DNA of 64,000 nt. It comes from Clostridia bacterium (GTDB lineage Bacteria > Bacillota > Clostridia > Christensenellales > Borkfalkiaceae). Where the stretch lies: positions 494 through 64,493 of the forward strand of contig JAFVUV010000010.1 of NCBI GenBank assembly GCA_017502525.1, read 5' to 3'. Both the position numbers and the translations under genes were made by a program. Below, piece by piece: positions 7,826 through 18,461 of this stretch. Below the pieces are notes generated by a model. The model saw only the letters and a program-made list of their open reading frames with translations. It did not search any database and was not told the DNA's origin. Position 1 is the first letter of the stretch. Every line of letters begins with the position of its first letter.

Positions 7826-8668
7826 TTATTGTTGTAAGTTTTTGCGATAATCGGACGGGGATGTATTATATTTTTTTTGGAATACTCTGTTAAAGTATGA
7901 AATGTTGTTAAAACCGCAGTCTAACGCGATAGTAATTATTTTTTGGTCGCTTTGTTTTAACAAGTTTTCGGCTTTTTCTAGTCTTAATTCCGTGTAGTAG
8001 TCGTTAAACGATATGCCCATTTGTTTTTTAAATAGTCTACCTAGGTACTGTTCGTTTTTTTGATAGGTTAGGGCAAGTTCTTTTAAGGAAATATTATAAC
8101 AAAAACGCTTATCGGCAAAACGCTTCATTGAAGAAACTAGCCAATGTAAATCGTTTTTAATTTTAGGAACTTCGTTATACAAAATTTTCAAATAATCTGC
8201 GACTAGGTGCGCTATTTGGAAAAGTTCGTTAGCGTCTTGGGTAAACTCGCAATTATTGAGTTGTTTTAAAAGCGCATCTTCGGGAACGCCGGTAGACGCA
8301 CAAGATTTTTTCAAGCGTTTCTTGGTTTTGTTTAAGTCTAATACTGCGTTGCCAACGTACACCGTTGCGACGATAGAATCGTCGATTACTACGGGAACAG
8401 TAGCTTCGTAAAGCCCAAAAAAGCATTGACCTAAAAAATTCGACTTTGTTGTTCTTGACCTTTTATTTGCAAAAGATTTGCACGTCAAACAAGCGTGATG
8501 CCCTTTTTTTGTCGATTTTGCAATATCGCAAAATTTTTTCGAGTGAATTATATTTTTAAAGCGTAATTCGGTGGCAGACATATTTAAAATACCGTTGAAA
8601 TCTTCAATGCAAATATGTACGTTTCTGCCCTTTTCTATTTGTTCGATTAAAACCTGTAATTTTTCCAT
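7826..8668 (-). CDS. AraC-family transcriptional regulator with N-terminal PocR-type sensor domain
   Basis: C-terminal double HTH (ISLKELALTYQ...YFNRVFQKKYNTSPSDYR). N-terminal Cys-containing PocR-like region (FCDIAKSTKKGHHACLTCKSF). Divergent from the glycan operon. Confidence 0.85.
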   Translation of the reverse strand: MEKLQVLIEQIEKGRNVHICIEDFNGILNMSATELRFKNIIHSKKFCDIAKSTKKGHHACLTCKSFANKRSRTTKSNFLGQCFFGLYEATVPVVIDDSIVATVYVGNAVLDLNKTKKRLKKSCASTGVPEDALLKQLNNCEFTQDANELFQIAHLVADYLKILYNEVPKIKNDLHWLVSSMKRFADKRFCYNISLKELALTYQKNEQYLGRLFKKQMGISFNDYYTELRLEKAENLLKQSDQKIITIALDCGFNNISYFNRVFQKKYNTSPSDYRKNLQQ

Positions 8669-8841
8669 ATTTTATATCTAAATTATATATTTTTATTGAT
8701 TATACCATAAAAAGTATAATTTGTGCAACTTTTTTGTATGATTTATACTAGAATAAGGGTGAAAAATTTTTTATACTTAATTTGGCAAAAAAATCTAAGG
8801 GTGTAGTATGCCTTTGTAGACTTTTATGATAGGAGAACAAA

Positions 8842-10860
8842 ATGGCTAAATCAAAGAAATATGATATTAACAAATTGACCCTTGAAGAAAAAATATTACT
8901 TTTGACTGGCGTTAACGAATGGAAGACTTATTCAGCAAATGGAAAAGTCCCTCAAATAGTAGTTTCTGACGGGCCTAACGGACTTCAAATGTTTGATGAT
9001 GACAACAATAGAAAATCCGCTACAGCTATGCCGGCTTTATCTTTGGTTGCGCAAACTTGGGATAAAGAACTTGCGTATCTTGATGGCGAAACTATCGCCA
9101 ACGACGCTATTGAAAACGGTGCGGATATTTTGCTTGCGCCAGGCGTAAACATTAAAAGAACACCGCTTAACGGCAGAAACTTTGAGTATTTTTCCGAAGA
9201 CCCTATGTTGTCGGGCGTTTTAGCAAGAGAGTTTATTAAAGGTGTTCAAGACAGGGGCGTTGGCACTAGCCTTAAACACTTCTGTGCAAACAATAGAGAA
9301 AAGGGCAGAAGAGTTCAAACTAGCGAAATTGACGAAAGAACTCTTAATGAAATTTATTACCGTCCTTTTGAAATTGCGCTTGAAGCAAAACCTTGGACTG
9401 TTATGTGTGCGTATAATCCCGTTAACGGCGTTTACGCTTCTGAAAACAAAAAATTATTAAAAGGCGTTTTGCGTGATAAATTAGGGTTTGACGGACTTAT
9501 CGTTTCAGATTGGGCTTCCGTGCAAAATCCTTATAAATCTATTAAGGCTACCATTGATTTAATAATGCCTTACAATGAATTAACTCTTGATAGCGTTAAA
9601 GAGGCCTTGGCAAAAGGCAATATCTCCATGGAAGAAATTGACTACTGTGTAGAAAACGTTCTAAATCTCGTGGAAAAAGTACAAAATTCTACGCCTAAGA
9701 TGAATTATAATAAAGAGCAACGCCACCAAAACGCTGTTAAGATTGCTAAAGCCGGTATTACTTTATTAAAGAACGAAGACAATATTCTTCCACTTAAAGA
9801 CGGTGGAAAATACTTGGTGGTTGGCGACCTTTCGGAAACACCGCTCGGTGGCTTGGGTTCTGCCTACGTTCAAACCGATTACGTTCAAGAACCGGTTGCA
9901 AAATTACTTGCGGAAAAATTACCCAAATCAGAAGTGGGTTACGATAGAGCCGCTTGCGCTTGTGCAAGTTGGGCGGGTAGCAACCGCATTAAGTTAGAGT
10001 ACGCAAAGAGAGTTTATACCGAAGCCTACGAAAAAGACGCTGTGATAGTATTCGTTAGCGGGGATACCGAAAGCGAATCGTTTGACCGCAGTCATATAAA
10101 ACTTAAAAAAGAATACGAAGAAGTCATACGCAATTTAGCAAGGTATAACGAAAATATTATCGTCGTAATCAACGCGACAAGCGCGATAGATATGCAAGAT
10201 TGGATAGACGACGTTAAAGCAGTTGTGATTGAAGGCTTTGCGGGCGAAGCGACCAACGAAGCGATAAGTTCCATACTTGCAGGCGAAACCAATCCTAGTG
10301 GTAAGCTTGCAGAAAGTTTCCCTTACGATTTAGAAGATACGTTCACGGGCGACGATACGGGTAATGGGTTAGTAGAGTGGTATAACGACGGAATATTCGT
10401 TGGTTACCGCTACTATGAAAAATACGGCATAGACGTGCTCTTCCCCTTCGGACACGGACTTTCTTATTCAGAATTCAAATACGATAATTTGAGCATTGAA
10501 CAAACGGGCGAGTGTGATTTCACCGTTTCGTACGACATAACGAACGTTTCTAACGTTGACGGTGCGGAAGTTTCTCAAGTTTACGTTAAAGACGTGTTCA
10601 GTATGGTTATCCGCCCTGAAAAAGAGCTGAAAGGCTTTGAAAAGACCTTTATAAAAGCGGGCGAAACAAAGAGAGTTTCGGTTAAGTTGGATTTCCGTTC
10701 GTTTGCTTATTACAACACGGCGCTCGATAAGTGGCACGTAGAAAATGGTGCGTTTACCGTGCTAGTTGGTGCTTCTTCAGCAGATATAAAATTAACGGGC
10801 AAAATTAATATTAATCTTGACGATTCAACTCAACAATCTCAGGCGTTGGTTGGTCGTTAA
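8842..10860 (+). CDS. Glycoside hydrolase family 3 (beta-glucosidase/BglX-like), cytoplasmic
   Basis: SDGPNGLQ, KHFCANNREKGR, nucleophile region GLIVSDWASV, and a C-terminal Fn3-like domain (VYVKDVFS...ELKGFEK). No signal peptide. Confidence 0.88.
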   Translation: MAKSKKYDINKLTLEEKILLLTGVNEWKTYSANGKVPQIVVSDGPNGLQMFDDDNNRKSATAMPALSLVAQTWDKELAYLDGETIANDAIENGADILLAPGVNIKRTPLNGRNFEYFSEDPMLSGVLAREFIKGVQDRGVGTSLKHFCANNREKGRRVQTSEIDERTLNEIYYRPFEIALEAKPWTVMCAYNPVNGVYASENKKLLKGVLRDKLGFDGLIVSDWASVQNPYKSIKATIDLIMPYNELTLDSVKEALAKGNISMEEIDYCVENVLNLVEKVQNSTPKMNYNKEQRHQNAVKIAKAGITLLKNEDNILPLKDGGKYLVVGDLSETPLGGLGSAYVQTDYVQEPVAKLLAEKLPKSEVGYDRAACACASWAGSNRIKLEYAKRVYTEAYEKDAVIVFVSGDTESESFDRSHIKLKKEYEEVIRNLARYNENIIVVINATSAIDMQDWIDDVKAVVIEGFAGEATNEAISSILAGETNPSGKLAESFPYDLEDTFTGDDTGNGLVEWYNDGIFVGYRYYEKYGIDVLFPFGHGLSYSEFKYDNLSIEQTGECDFTVSYDITNVSNVDGAEVSQVYVKDVFSMVIRPEKELKGFEKTFIKAGETKRVSVKLDFRSFAYYNTALDKWHVENGAFTVLVGASSADIKLTGKININLDDSTQQSQALVGR

Positions 10861-10976
10861 TATAAAAGCAGAGTTTATTAAGGGGGTCCCCTTAGTTGTT
10901 GCGTGCAACAACTACAATGCTTGTTAGCATATAAAATTATAAACGCGAAAGACATTTTGAAAATATAGAGGATTTT

Positions 10977-11870
10977 ATGTGGGATTTAAGTGTTTCTTTT
11001 ATTAATTCTTCTTTAAAATTCTTTTCGGGGCTAGACGAGGCTTTCAAAACTCTTAAAGAAATTGGGTTTGATGCTGTTTGTCCGTCCGAATCAATACCTA
11101 ACGGCAATAAAGAAGAATATATATCTAATCTTAATTCAGCTTCTAAAAAGCACGGATTAAAAATCAATATGTTGCATCTTCCTATGGTTTGTGAAGTTCC
11201 AACGGAAGTGTTTTTAAGCAAGGAATATTTTGACGACGTAATTTATCATATAAACCTTGCGGAAAAAATTGGATGCAAATATGCGGTAGCGCATCCGCAT
11301 ATGCCCTGGAAACGCGAGTTCTTTGCTCCAGAACAAAAATTCGATTATTCAGTTATTCAAAAAAGATGCGAAGAAATAAATTTTGAGTTTTTCTCTAAAC
11401 TTCAACCTTACGCTATCAACGCGGGGCTTGAAATTGCAATAGAAAATATATATACTACCGACTCAGAGTTCAAAGAGCAACTTACTTCGGGTTGTAGCAA
11501 CACGGATGAGTGGATAAAATATATCGACACGCTAGGTAAAGGCTTTTGCGCTTGTTTAGATACGGGGCACGCTAATTTGACCGATAGGGACGACGCTAAG
11601 TTAAACCAAAAGGTGGAAGATTTAGGCAGTAGGTTAAAAACTTTGCACGTAAATCAAAATCACGGAAAGTTTTCGCCTTACGGCGATTTTCATCAAGAAC
11701 CGTTTAGTGGGGATATCGACTTGATTTCTTTTGCTAAAACCTTAAAGAAAACGGGGTATAAAGGCGATTTTAATTACGAAGTAGAACTTTCGTGTGCAGG
11801 TAAAGAGGTGTTTATAGAACAATTAAAATATCTCAAGATTGCAACCGACGTTATTTACAAATCAATATAA
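10977..11870 (+). CDS. Xylose-isomerase-like TIM-barrel protein (sugar phosphate isomerase/epimerase family, AP_endonuc_2)
   Basis: AVAHPHMPW, IAIENIY, CLDTGHANL, LHVNQNHG...DFHQEPFSGDIDL. Confidence 0.75.
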   Translation: MWDLSVSFINSSLKFFSGLDEAFKTLKEIGFDAVCPSESIPNGNKEEYISNLNSASKKHGLKINMLHLPMVCEVPTEVFLSKEYFDDVIYHINLAEKIGCKYAVAHPHMPWKREFFAPEQKFDYSVIQKRCEEINFEFFSKLQPYAINAGLEIAIENIYTTDSEFKEQLTSGCSNTDEWIKYIDTLGKGFCACLDTGHANLTDRDDAKLNQKVEDLGSRLKTLHVNQNHGKFSPYGDFHQEPFSGDIDLISFAKTLKKTGYKGDFNYEVELSCAGKEVFIEQLKYLKIATDVIYKSI

Positions 11871-11909
11871 AAATTAAAAAATAAAACATTTGGATAAGGA
11901 GAAAAATTT

Positions 11910-13592
11910 ATGAAGAAAATTATTGCATTTTTATTAGCAATTATTTCGGTGTTCAGTCTAGTTGGCTGTGCAGACCCTGGTAACGGTAGCGGTGGTGGCA
12001 GACCTTCAGAAGAGTTCGACCCCAACAAAACGCAGTTATACGTTTTAAACTATGACGGTGGTTACGGCACAGATTGGCTTTACGCTGTAAAAGCAAGGTT
12101 TGAAGAAGATTATGCAACAGAGACTTTCCAACCTGGGAAACAAGGCGTTCAAATTATGATTGACGCTGATAAAGACGGTTATTACGGCACGGGACTTAGA
12201 GATAAAATGCCCGTAACGACTAACGAAGTGTTCTTTTCTGAATCTATAACCTTTAACGACTACGTTAGCTTAGGTTATATGATGAATATTGACGACGTTG
12301 TTACATCTACAAACTCTGACAACAAAACTATCGAAAGCAAGATGAGTGCTGAACAAAAAGCCTCACTTAAAATCGGTGGCAGTTATTATTGTATTCCTCA
12401 CTACGCGTCTTTTGCTGGAATAAACTACGATATTGATTTGTTCAATTCTAAAAAACTTTTCTATGCTAAAGACGGTGCGCCTAGTGAACCTAACTTTACG
12501 GGCACGGTTAGATATACCAACCTTAAAGGTCAAAAGTCTAAAGGTCCTGATGGCGAATACGGCACGTACGACGACGGACTTCCCGCAACTTACGACGAAT
12601 TCTTTGCACTTTGCGGTTATATGAAAAATGCAATGTCAATTACTCCGTTTATTTGGACGGGTCAATACCGTACTTCTTACGTTAGCTGGATTTTAGCGGC
12701 TCTTGCATCTGATTACGAAGGCAAAGAACAAATGATGCTCAACTTTAATTTTAACGGTACGGCTAAAAACCTTGCGACAGTAACTTCAACGGGTATTCAG
12801 CTTGACGCACAAGATAAGGTTATCAATAATTCAAACGGTTATGAGCTTTATAGGTCTGCAGGTAGATACTACGCGCTTGATTTCTTAGAAAAAATTCTTG
12901 ATAACAATTATTATCATTCAAGTGGCTTTACCGATTCTTCGGCTATAACGGCTCAAGACACTTTCTTAAGAAGCTCTTACAAAAACCAACCTATCGCAAT
13001 GATACTTGAAGGTATTTGGTGGGAAAACGAAGCTGAAGGCACTTTCGAAACTATGGCAAATAGATATGGTGAAAAGTGGGCGATGAAGAACAGAAACTTC
13101 GGCATTATGCCTTTCCCCAAAGCAACCGCTGATAAGATTGGCGAAAAACCCACGCTTATCGACAACAACTACTCATACGCTTTCATTAGAAATGATATTT
13201 CAACTGAAAAGGTTGACCTAGCAAAACTTTTCCTTAAGTATTGCTATACTGATGAATCGTTGGCAGAATTTACAACAATCGTAGGATTACCTAAAGCTCT
13301 TAACTACGAAATGGATGAGAATACACAATGGAAGAGCACCTATTCACAAAAAGTTTGGAATCTTTATGACAGTGCAGATAAGGTTTATCCTTTCTCACAA
13401 AACCCGCTTTATTTAGGTGCACAAAGTGCGTTCGTATATTATTCAACGTTCCGCACCAGCCTTGAAACTTCTGCAATAGATTATCTCTTGCGCGATAAGG
13501 ATTCTCATACCAACGCAAAAGATTTCTTTAAAGGAATTATTGATACTAACACTAAAGCAAAATGGGAACAAAGTTACGGAAGGTTTTTTTAA
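11910..13592 (+). CDS. ABC transporter extracellular solute-binding lipoprotein (large LplA-like type)
   Basis: Lipobox LVGCAD after the signal peptide. 560-aa size and position ahead of two sugar permeases. Confidence 0.85.
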   Translation: MKKIIAFLLAIISVFSLVGCADPGNGSGGGRPSEEFDPNKTQLYVLNYDGGYGTDWLYAVKARFEEDYATETFQPGKQGVQIMIDADKDGYYGTGLRDKMPVTTNEVFFSESITFNDYVSLGYMMNIDDVVTSTNSDNKTIESKMSAEQKASLKIGGSYYCIPHYASFAGINYDIDLFNSKKLFYAKDGAPSEPNFTGTVRYTNLKGQKSKGPDGEYGTYDDGLPATYDEFFALCGYMKNAMSITPFIWTGQYRTSYVSWILAALASDYEGKEQMMLNFNFNGTAKNLATVTSTGIQLDAQDKVINNSNGYELYRSAGRYYALDFLEKILDNNYYHSSGFTDSSAITAQDTFLRSSYKNQPIAMILEGIWWENEAEGTFETMANRYGEKWAMKNRNFGIMPFPKATADKIGEKPTLIDNNYSYAFIRNDISTEKVDLAKLFLKYCYTDESLAEFTTIVGLPKALNYEMDENTQWKSTYSQKVWNLYDSADKVYPFSQNPLYLGAQSAFVYYSTFRTSLETSAIDYLLRDKDSHTNAKDFFKGIIDTNTKAKWEQSYGRFF

Positions 13593-13624
13593 GATTAAAA
13601 CTTTTTGTCTAACGGAGGGGTTAA

Positions 13625-14560
13625 ATGACTAAATGTGAACAAAAAAAGAAGCTGACGTTGAAAGAGAATTTTAAGAAAAATTTCCAAGATATTTTATTTT
13701 GCGTGATTATCTTACTTTATCCAACAATTCAGTTTATAATCTTTTATCTCGGCGTAAATGTTAACACGATAGCGTTATCGTTCAAATTTTTCGATTACGA
13801 AGGCGGTTATTCGTTCGCAGGGTTAGAAAATTTTAAGTTGGCGTTTTACAACCTGTTTAATGATACGGGCTTAAAATTAGCCGTGGGCAATTCGGTAACC
13901 TACCGCATAATTGCAATCGCTGTTGGTATGACGCTATCTTTAATGTTTTCATACTATATTTACCTTAATAGAGCAATGGCAGGCTTTTTCAAAGCGATAC
14001 TGTTTATGCCGGCAGTAGTTTCCACGCTAGTTTTCACTATAATCTTTAGAAAATTCGTGGGCGACTTGTATTCGGAAATAGCATCTAAAATAACGGGTGA
14101 AATGGTTCCGGGGCTATTGGCAACTGAAAGCACGAAAAAGGCAACCGTGTTCTTCTATAACGTATTCTTTGGGTTCGGCACGGCAGTACTACTTTATTCG
14201 GGCGCTATGTCGGGAACGAACGAATCAGTTATGGAATACGCTGAAGTTGATGGCACTAATTATTGGCAAAAATTTATATACGTACTTTTCCCAATGATAT
14301 TCCCAACGTTTATAACCTTTATGGTTATGCACATTTCCGATACGTTTATGAATCAAATGAACTTACTCGGATTCTTTGCCGATTCAGCGTCGCCAAAGTT
14401 ACAGACTATCGGATATTTCTTATATACGAAAACCTTGAAAGCGTCGCTTTCTGAATATCCGCTATTAGCGACTTACGGATTGATTTTCACGTTGATTACG
14501 ATGCCCATAGTATTTTTAGTTAAGCATTTGCTTGAAAAGTTTGGGCCTAACGCTTATTAA
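13625..14560 (+). CDS. Sugar ABC transporter permease (LplB/MalF-like)
   Basis: Six predicted TM helices. EAA loop EYAEVDGTNYWQKFIYVLFPMI. Confidence 0.88.
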   Translation: MTKCEQKKKLTLKENFKKNFQDILFCVIILLYPTIQFIIFYLGVNVNTIALSFKFFDYEGGYSFAGLENFKLAFYNLFNDTGLKLAVGNSVTYRIIAIAVGMTLSLMFSYYIYLNRAMAGFFKAILFMPAVVSTLVFTIIFRKFVGDLYSEIASKITGEMVPGLLATESTKKATVFFYNVFFGFGTAVLLYSGAMSGTNESVMEYAEVDGTNYWQKFIYVLFPMIFPTFITFMVMHISDTFMNQMNLLGFFADSASPKLQTIGYFLYTKTLKASLSEYPLLATYGLIFTLITMPIVFLVKHLLEKFGPNAY

Positions 14561-14574
14561 AAGGAGAGAAGAAG

Positions 14575-15444
14575 ATGAGAAAAAAACCAAGTGCGTTGCT
14601 CATAGTTCTGTTTGTTTTAATGGCGTTTATAGCAACGATGTATATCTTGATGATAGTTTGGGCGGGTTTTGCATCGTTAAAAGACCCGTGGGAATTTGAC
14701 GATAGCGCGCTTGCTTTCCCAAAAATTTGGAGTTTTGTGAACTACGCGTCGGCATTTAAGTCTTACACGGTTAAAGTTCCTACGCCTACGGGAGACGTTT
14801 TCGTAGGACCTGTAAGAATTATAATAAATACCATATTCTATGCGGGTGGTTGTGCATTTTTGGGAACGCTAGTTCCTTGCATTACGTCTTACGTTGTTGC
14901 GAAATATAAATTCCGCGTTTTGAAAATTTATTACGTTATCGTTGTCGTTTGTCTTTCTATCCCGATTATCGGTGGAACGGCAAGTCAATTGCGTATAGCA
15001 AAGTCAATTGGTATTTACGATACGATTTGGGGTATATGGTTAATGCGTGGATATTTTATCGGTTCGTATTTTCTAATATTCTACAGCTCGTTTATGATGA
15101 TACCTAATAGTTTTTCAGAAGCGGCAAAAATCGACGGGGCAGGCAATTTTACAATCCTATTCAAACTCGTTCTACCCTTGATTTCTAAAACGTTTACGAC
15201 CATTTTATTGATACTTTTCGTAAACTATTGGAACGAATACGAAACGCCGTTGATGTTCACGCCATCAGTGCCTACACTTGCGGTTGGTTTGTATAAATTC
15301 GCTATTTCTGCAAGCGATGAATACGGCAAAACGCCTATCCAACTTGCAGGAAGTATGATTCTTTTTATACCTATTTTAATTATGTATATCTGCTTACAAG
15401 ATAAACTTATGGGTAATATCTCGATGGGTGGTATAAAGGAATAA
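14575..15444 (+). CDS. Carbohydrate ABC transporter permease (LplC/MalG-like)
   Basis: EAA loop EAAKIDGAGNFTILFKLVLPL. Multiple TM helices. Confidence 0.88.
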   Translation: MRKKPSALLIVLFVLMAFIATMYILMIVWAGFASLKDPWEFDDSALAFPKIWSFVNYASAFKSYTVKVPTPTGDVFVGPVRIIINTIFYAGGCAFLGTLVPCITSYVVAKYKFRVLKIYYVIVVVCLSIPIIGGTASQLRIAKSIGIYDTIWGIWLMRGYFIGSYFLIFYSSFMMIPNSFSEAAKIDGAGNFTILFKLVLPLISKTFTTILLILFVNYWNEYETPLMFTPSVPTLAVGLYKFAISASDEYGKTPIQLAGSMILFIPILIMYICLQDKLMGNISMGGIKE

Positions 15445-15506
15445 TTACAATTAATTGTGAAAATTTTTTGTCCTAGACAAAAACAAAAATAAATGGAGGA
15501 AATGAT

Positions 15507-18458
15507 ATGCAAGTAATAAGAAAAACAACTTTAAAAGTGTTGCTTTTCATTTTTACAGTCTCAATACTTGCTTTTGCTTTCGTAACGTTAAACCCGTTTA
15601 CAGCTAAAGCGCAAGTCGTGTTTGACGAAGCAAGTTTCGAAAGCGAATATTGTGTTGGCGATGAAGTAACCATTCCCAACGTAACGGCTGTAAAAGACGG
15701 AACCGAATACGCTATGGAAAAAGCGCTCGTTTTCCCTAACGGTGCTAAAAAACTTTGCGCTAAAGAAGTTTTGGCGCAAGCGGGTAAATATACCGTAGTG
15801 TATTCAACAGTAATTGATGGAATCAAATACGAAAAGAAGTATGATTTCAAGGTTAAAGAAAAACTTTTCGGATTACAAAGACAGTCCGGAACGGCAATTT
15901 ACGACACAAATAAAGACCTTGTTGAATTAAACGTTGGCGGAAACAATCCGTTTGAATTTAACTCGGTGGTTGACCTTTCTGACAACACTTTATCAAAACC
16001 TTTCCTTGAAATGTATACTGTTTCATCACAAACCGGTGAACGCGACTTTGAACAAATTATGGTAACGCTTACCGACGTTGATGATGAAAATAATTACATT
16101 AATATAAGAATTAACGCAGCCCCCGACTTTAAGACATATCCTTACACTTACTACACTTCATACGTTGCAGTTAGTGTAAACGGGCAAGAATACAAAGGGC
16201 AAGACGGAAGCAAAATACATACGGGTAACGCTTATGGCAGACCTACCGTATTTTCTTTCAGTAATAATGCTGATGGTGGTAAAACGCCTGAAAACGATAG
16301 AATTCAGTTGTATTATGTGGCAAGCGAAAAACAAATTTACGTTTACGGCACAGCGTTCAAAAATTACGGTGGCTTAGTTGTTGATTTTGATAGCGACGAT
16401 TTCTATAAAGAAAAGTGGGAAGGTTTTGCGGTTGATAAATGCAAACTTTCTGTGTACGCTGGAAATATGAAAACTGCTTCGGCAAATATTTTCGTTACTA
16501 GAGTGGACGGACAAGACCTTTCTGCAGGTTTCGTTCTTGATAACGTAGCCCCTGAATTGAAGGTAGAAGTTCCTGAAACAATACCTAGTGGTATCGTTGG
16601 TTACGATTATAACGTGTTTAATTACTCGGCAAGAGACGATTACGGCATCTCTTCGACCTCGGTAAACGCATACTATGATTACTATTCAAATTATCCCGTT
16701 GCTTTAACTATTAAAGACGGAAAAATTCAACCCAAATATCAAGGTTACTATACTTTAGTGTATAGAGCAGTAGACTCTTACGGCCACGTAACCGAGAAAT
16801 TGATTGATATTCAAGTTGACAACACAACTAGTGCATCTCCGCTCGTTATTAGCGTTTCAGAAGAATTTGATAACTGCCTCGCAGGTGCGCGCGTAGATTT
16901 AAAAGATTACGCGATTACGGCTAACCCAAAATACGGCGACTATACGGTTAAAGTTTCTGCTTCTTGCGGAAACTTAAGTGCTGAAATTATTGATGAACAA
17001 TATTTCTATGCTAACGCCGTTGGAACTTGGACTGTAAAATACGAAGTAATCGACAATCTCGGAAGAACTGAAATTGTAGAAAAAACCTTTACGGCTTCTG
17101 CAAATGCAACGCCGATATTCGATAGAGACGGCGATAAGTTGCCTAGATATATGTTGTCGGGCAAGACTTATGCCATTCCTGACGTGAAAGCTCGTAAATA
17201 TAATGAAAACGAAACTGAAATTATTACGCCACAAGTAAAATATCTTTTGAACGGCGTAACTAAGAACGTAACCGACGGAAAGATAACACCCGAATTTAGT
17301 GATAGCGGGGACAATCTTTTAACCTTAACTTATTTTGTAGGTTCGGTTGAATACACGCTTACTAGCAGAGTTGTTCAAATCTTAAAAGATTATGCGTTTA
17401 GCGCAGAAAAATTATTCTATATATCACAAGGAAGCGCAAATAAAGAACTTACTGAAACAGGTCTTATATTTACCGCTACTAGTGATGCTACGGTAGATTT
17501 CGTAACCCCGTTACTCTTAAATACGTTTGAAACTGAAGTAACGATGATTAACAACGGCACTCTAACAATCGTTGTTGCTGATGAGAAAAACGCTGAACAA
17601 AGCGTTGAACTTCAAATCAAACAAGAGCTAGGCGTACCTAGTTTATATATTAACGGCGTTAAGAATAAATCGTTCACAAGAAATATCTTAAATATTAGAA
17701 TTGATGGCGACGTATTACAAGTAGAATCAGAAAAATTCAGCATTAAAAAATACGCCAACGGCGAATGGTTTGAAGGCTTTGACACTCAAAGGATGACCGT
17801 TTCGTTCATTATTAAAAACGGTAGCCAAGTAAAGATTGGTAAGGTTTCAAATCAATCTATATCAATTTATACTGACGACCTTATTAACCCCGCGTACTTT
17901 ATGGACGGAAGTTTTGAAAGAACTTACCATAACGGTGCGGAAATAGTTATTCCTAGAACGTACGCTATCGACGCTGTCAGCGGAGACTGTGAAGTTTACG
18001 TAAGCGTTTGGGGTAACGAAGATTATTTAACTTCTACCGACGGTCAACTTCTTAACGGAGTAGTGCTTGATAGAGAAGCTAAATTCGTTGTTGATGGTTA
18101 CGGTTATTACGTTGTAACTTACTCAATGACGGACGATTGCGACAACTTATTTGAATTGACTTGCTCGATTTACGTTCCTGATTTAGTAAAACCGGAAATT
18201 AGCGTAAGCGGTAAAGTTCCTAGTGAAGTTAAAGTGGGTAGCAAGATTAACGTTCCCAAATCAAGCGCGCAAGATAATTTGAGCGAAGATATGGTTGTTA
18301 CCGTGTTTGCTATTGACCCGTCGCTTGCTTACAAGGTTGTAAAAGGCAACCAAATCGTATTTGATAAAGTAGGCGTATGGACGGTTAGATTCTTCACGAT
18401 GGACGGCGAAGGCAACATAACTTATAAAGATTATAAGGTTAACGTAAAAGAGGGTTAA
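15507..18458 (+). CDS. Secreted 983-aa multi-Ig-like-domain protein of unknown function
   Basis: N-terminal signal peptide (AFAFVTLNPFTAKA). Repeated Ig/DUF5011-like starts (DNVAPELKVEV..., DLVKPEISVSG...). No catalytic motif recognised. Confidence 0.55.
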   Translation: MQVIRKTTLKVLLFIFTVSILAFAFVTLNPFTAKAQVVFDEASFESEYCVGDEVTIPNVTAVKDGTEYAMEKALVFPNGAKKLCAKEVLAQAGKYTVVYSTVIDGIKYEKKYDFKVKEKLFGLQRQSGTAIYDTNKDLVELNVGGNNPFEFNSVVDLSDNTLSKPFLEMYTVSSQTGERDFEQIMVTLTDVDDENNYINIRINAAPDFKTYPYTYYTSYVAVSVNGQEYKGQDGSKIHTGNAYGRPTVFSFSNNADGGKTPENDRIQLYYVASEKQIYVYGTAFKNYGGLVVDFDSDDFYKEKWEGFAVDKCKLSVYAGNMKTASANIFVTRVDGQDLSAGFVLDNVAPELKVEVPETIPSGIVGYDYNVFNYSARDDYGISSTSVNAYYDYYSNYPVALTIKDGKIQPKYQGYYTLVYRAVDSYGHVTEKLIDIQVDNTTSASPLVISVSEEFDNCLAGARVDLKDYAITANPKYGDYTVKVSASCGNLSAEIIDEQYFYANAVGTWTVKYEVIDNLGRTEIVEKTFTASANATPIFDRDGDKLPRYMLSGKTYAIPDVKARKYNENETEIITPQVKYLLNGVTKNVTDGKITPEFSDSGDNLLTLTYFVGSVEYTLTSRVVQILKDYAFSAEKLFYISQGSANKELTETGLIFTATSDATVDFVTPLLLNTFETEVTMINNGTLTIVVADEKNAEQSVELQIKQELGVPSLYINGVKNKSFTRNILNIRIDGDVLQVESEKFSIKKYANGEWFEGFDTQRMTVSFIIKNGSQVKIGKVSNQSISIYTDDLINPAYFMDGSFERTYHNGAEIVIPRTYAIDAVSGDCEVYVSVWGNEDYLTSTDGQLLNGVVLDREAKFVVDGYGYYVVTYSMTDDCDNLFELTCSIYVPDLVKPEISVSGKVPSEVKVGSKINVPKSSAQDNLSEDMVVTVFAIDPSLAYKVVKGNQIVFDKVGVWTVRFFTMDGEGNITYKDYKVNVKEG

Positions 18459-18461
18459 GAT

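Noticed and set aside
10861-10976. Palindrome TAGTTGTTGC-GT-GCAACAACTA between the GH3 and TIM-barrel genes, considered as a regulatory operator.
   Set aside because: It is most simply a weak intercistronic stem-loop (no T-run) for mRNA stability or partial termination. It has no similarity to the AraC or LacI sites seen elsewhere, so there is insufficient support for a specific call.
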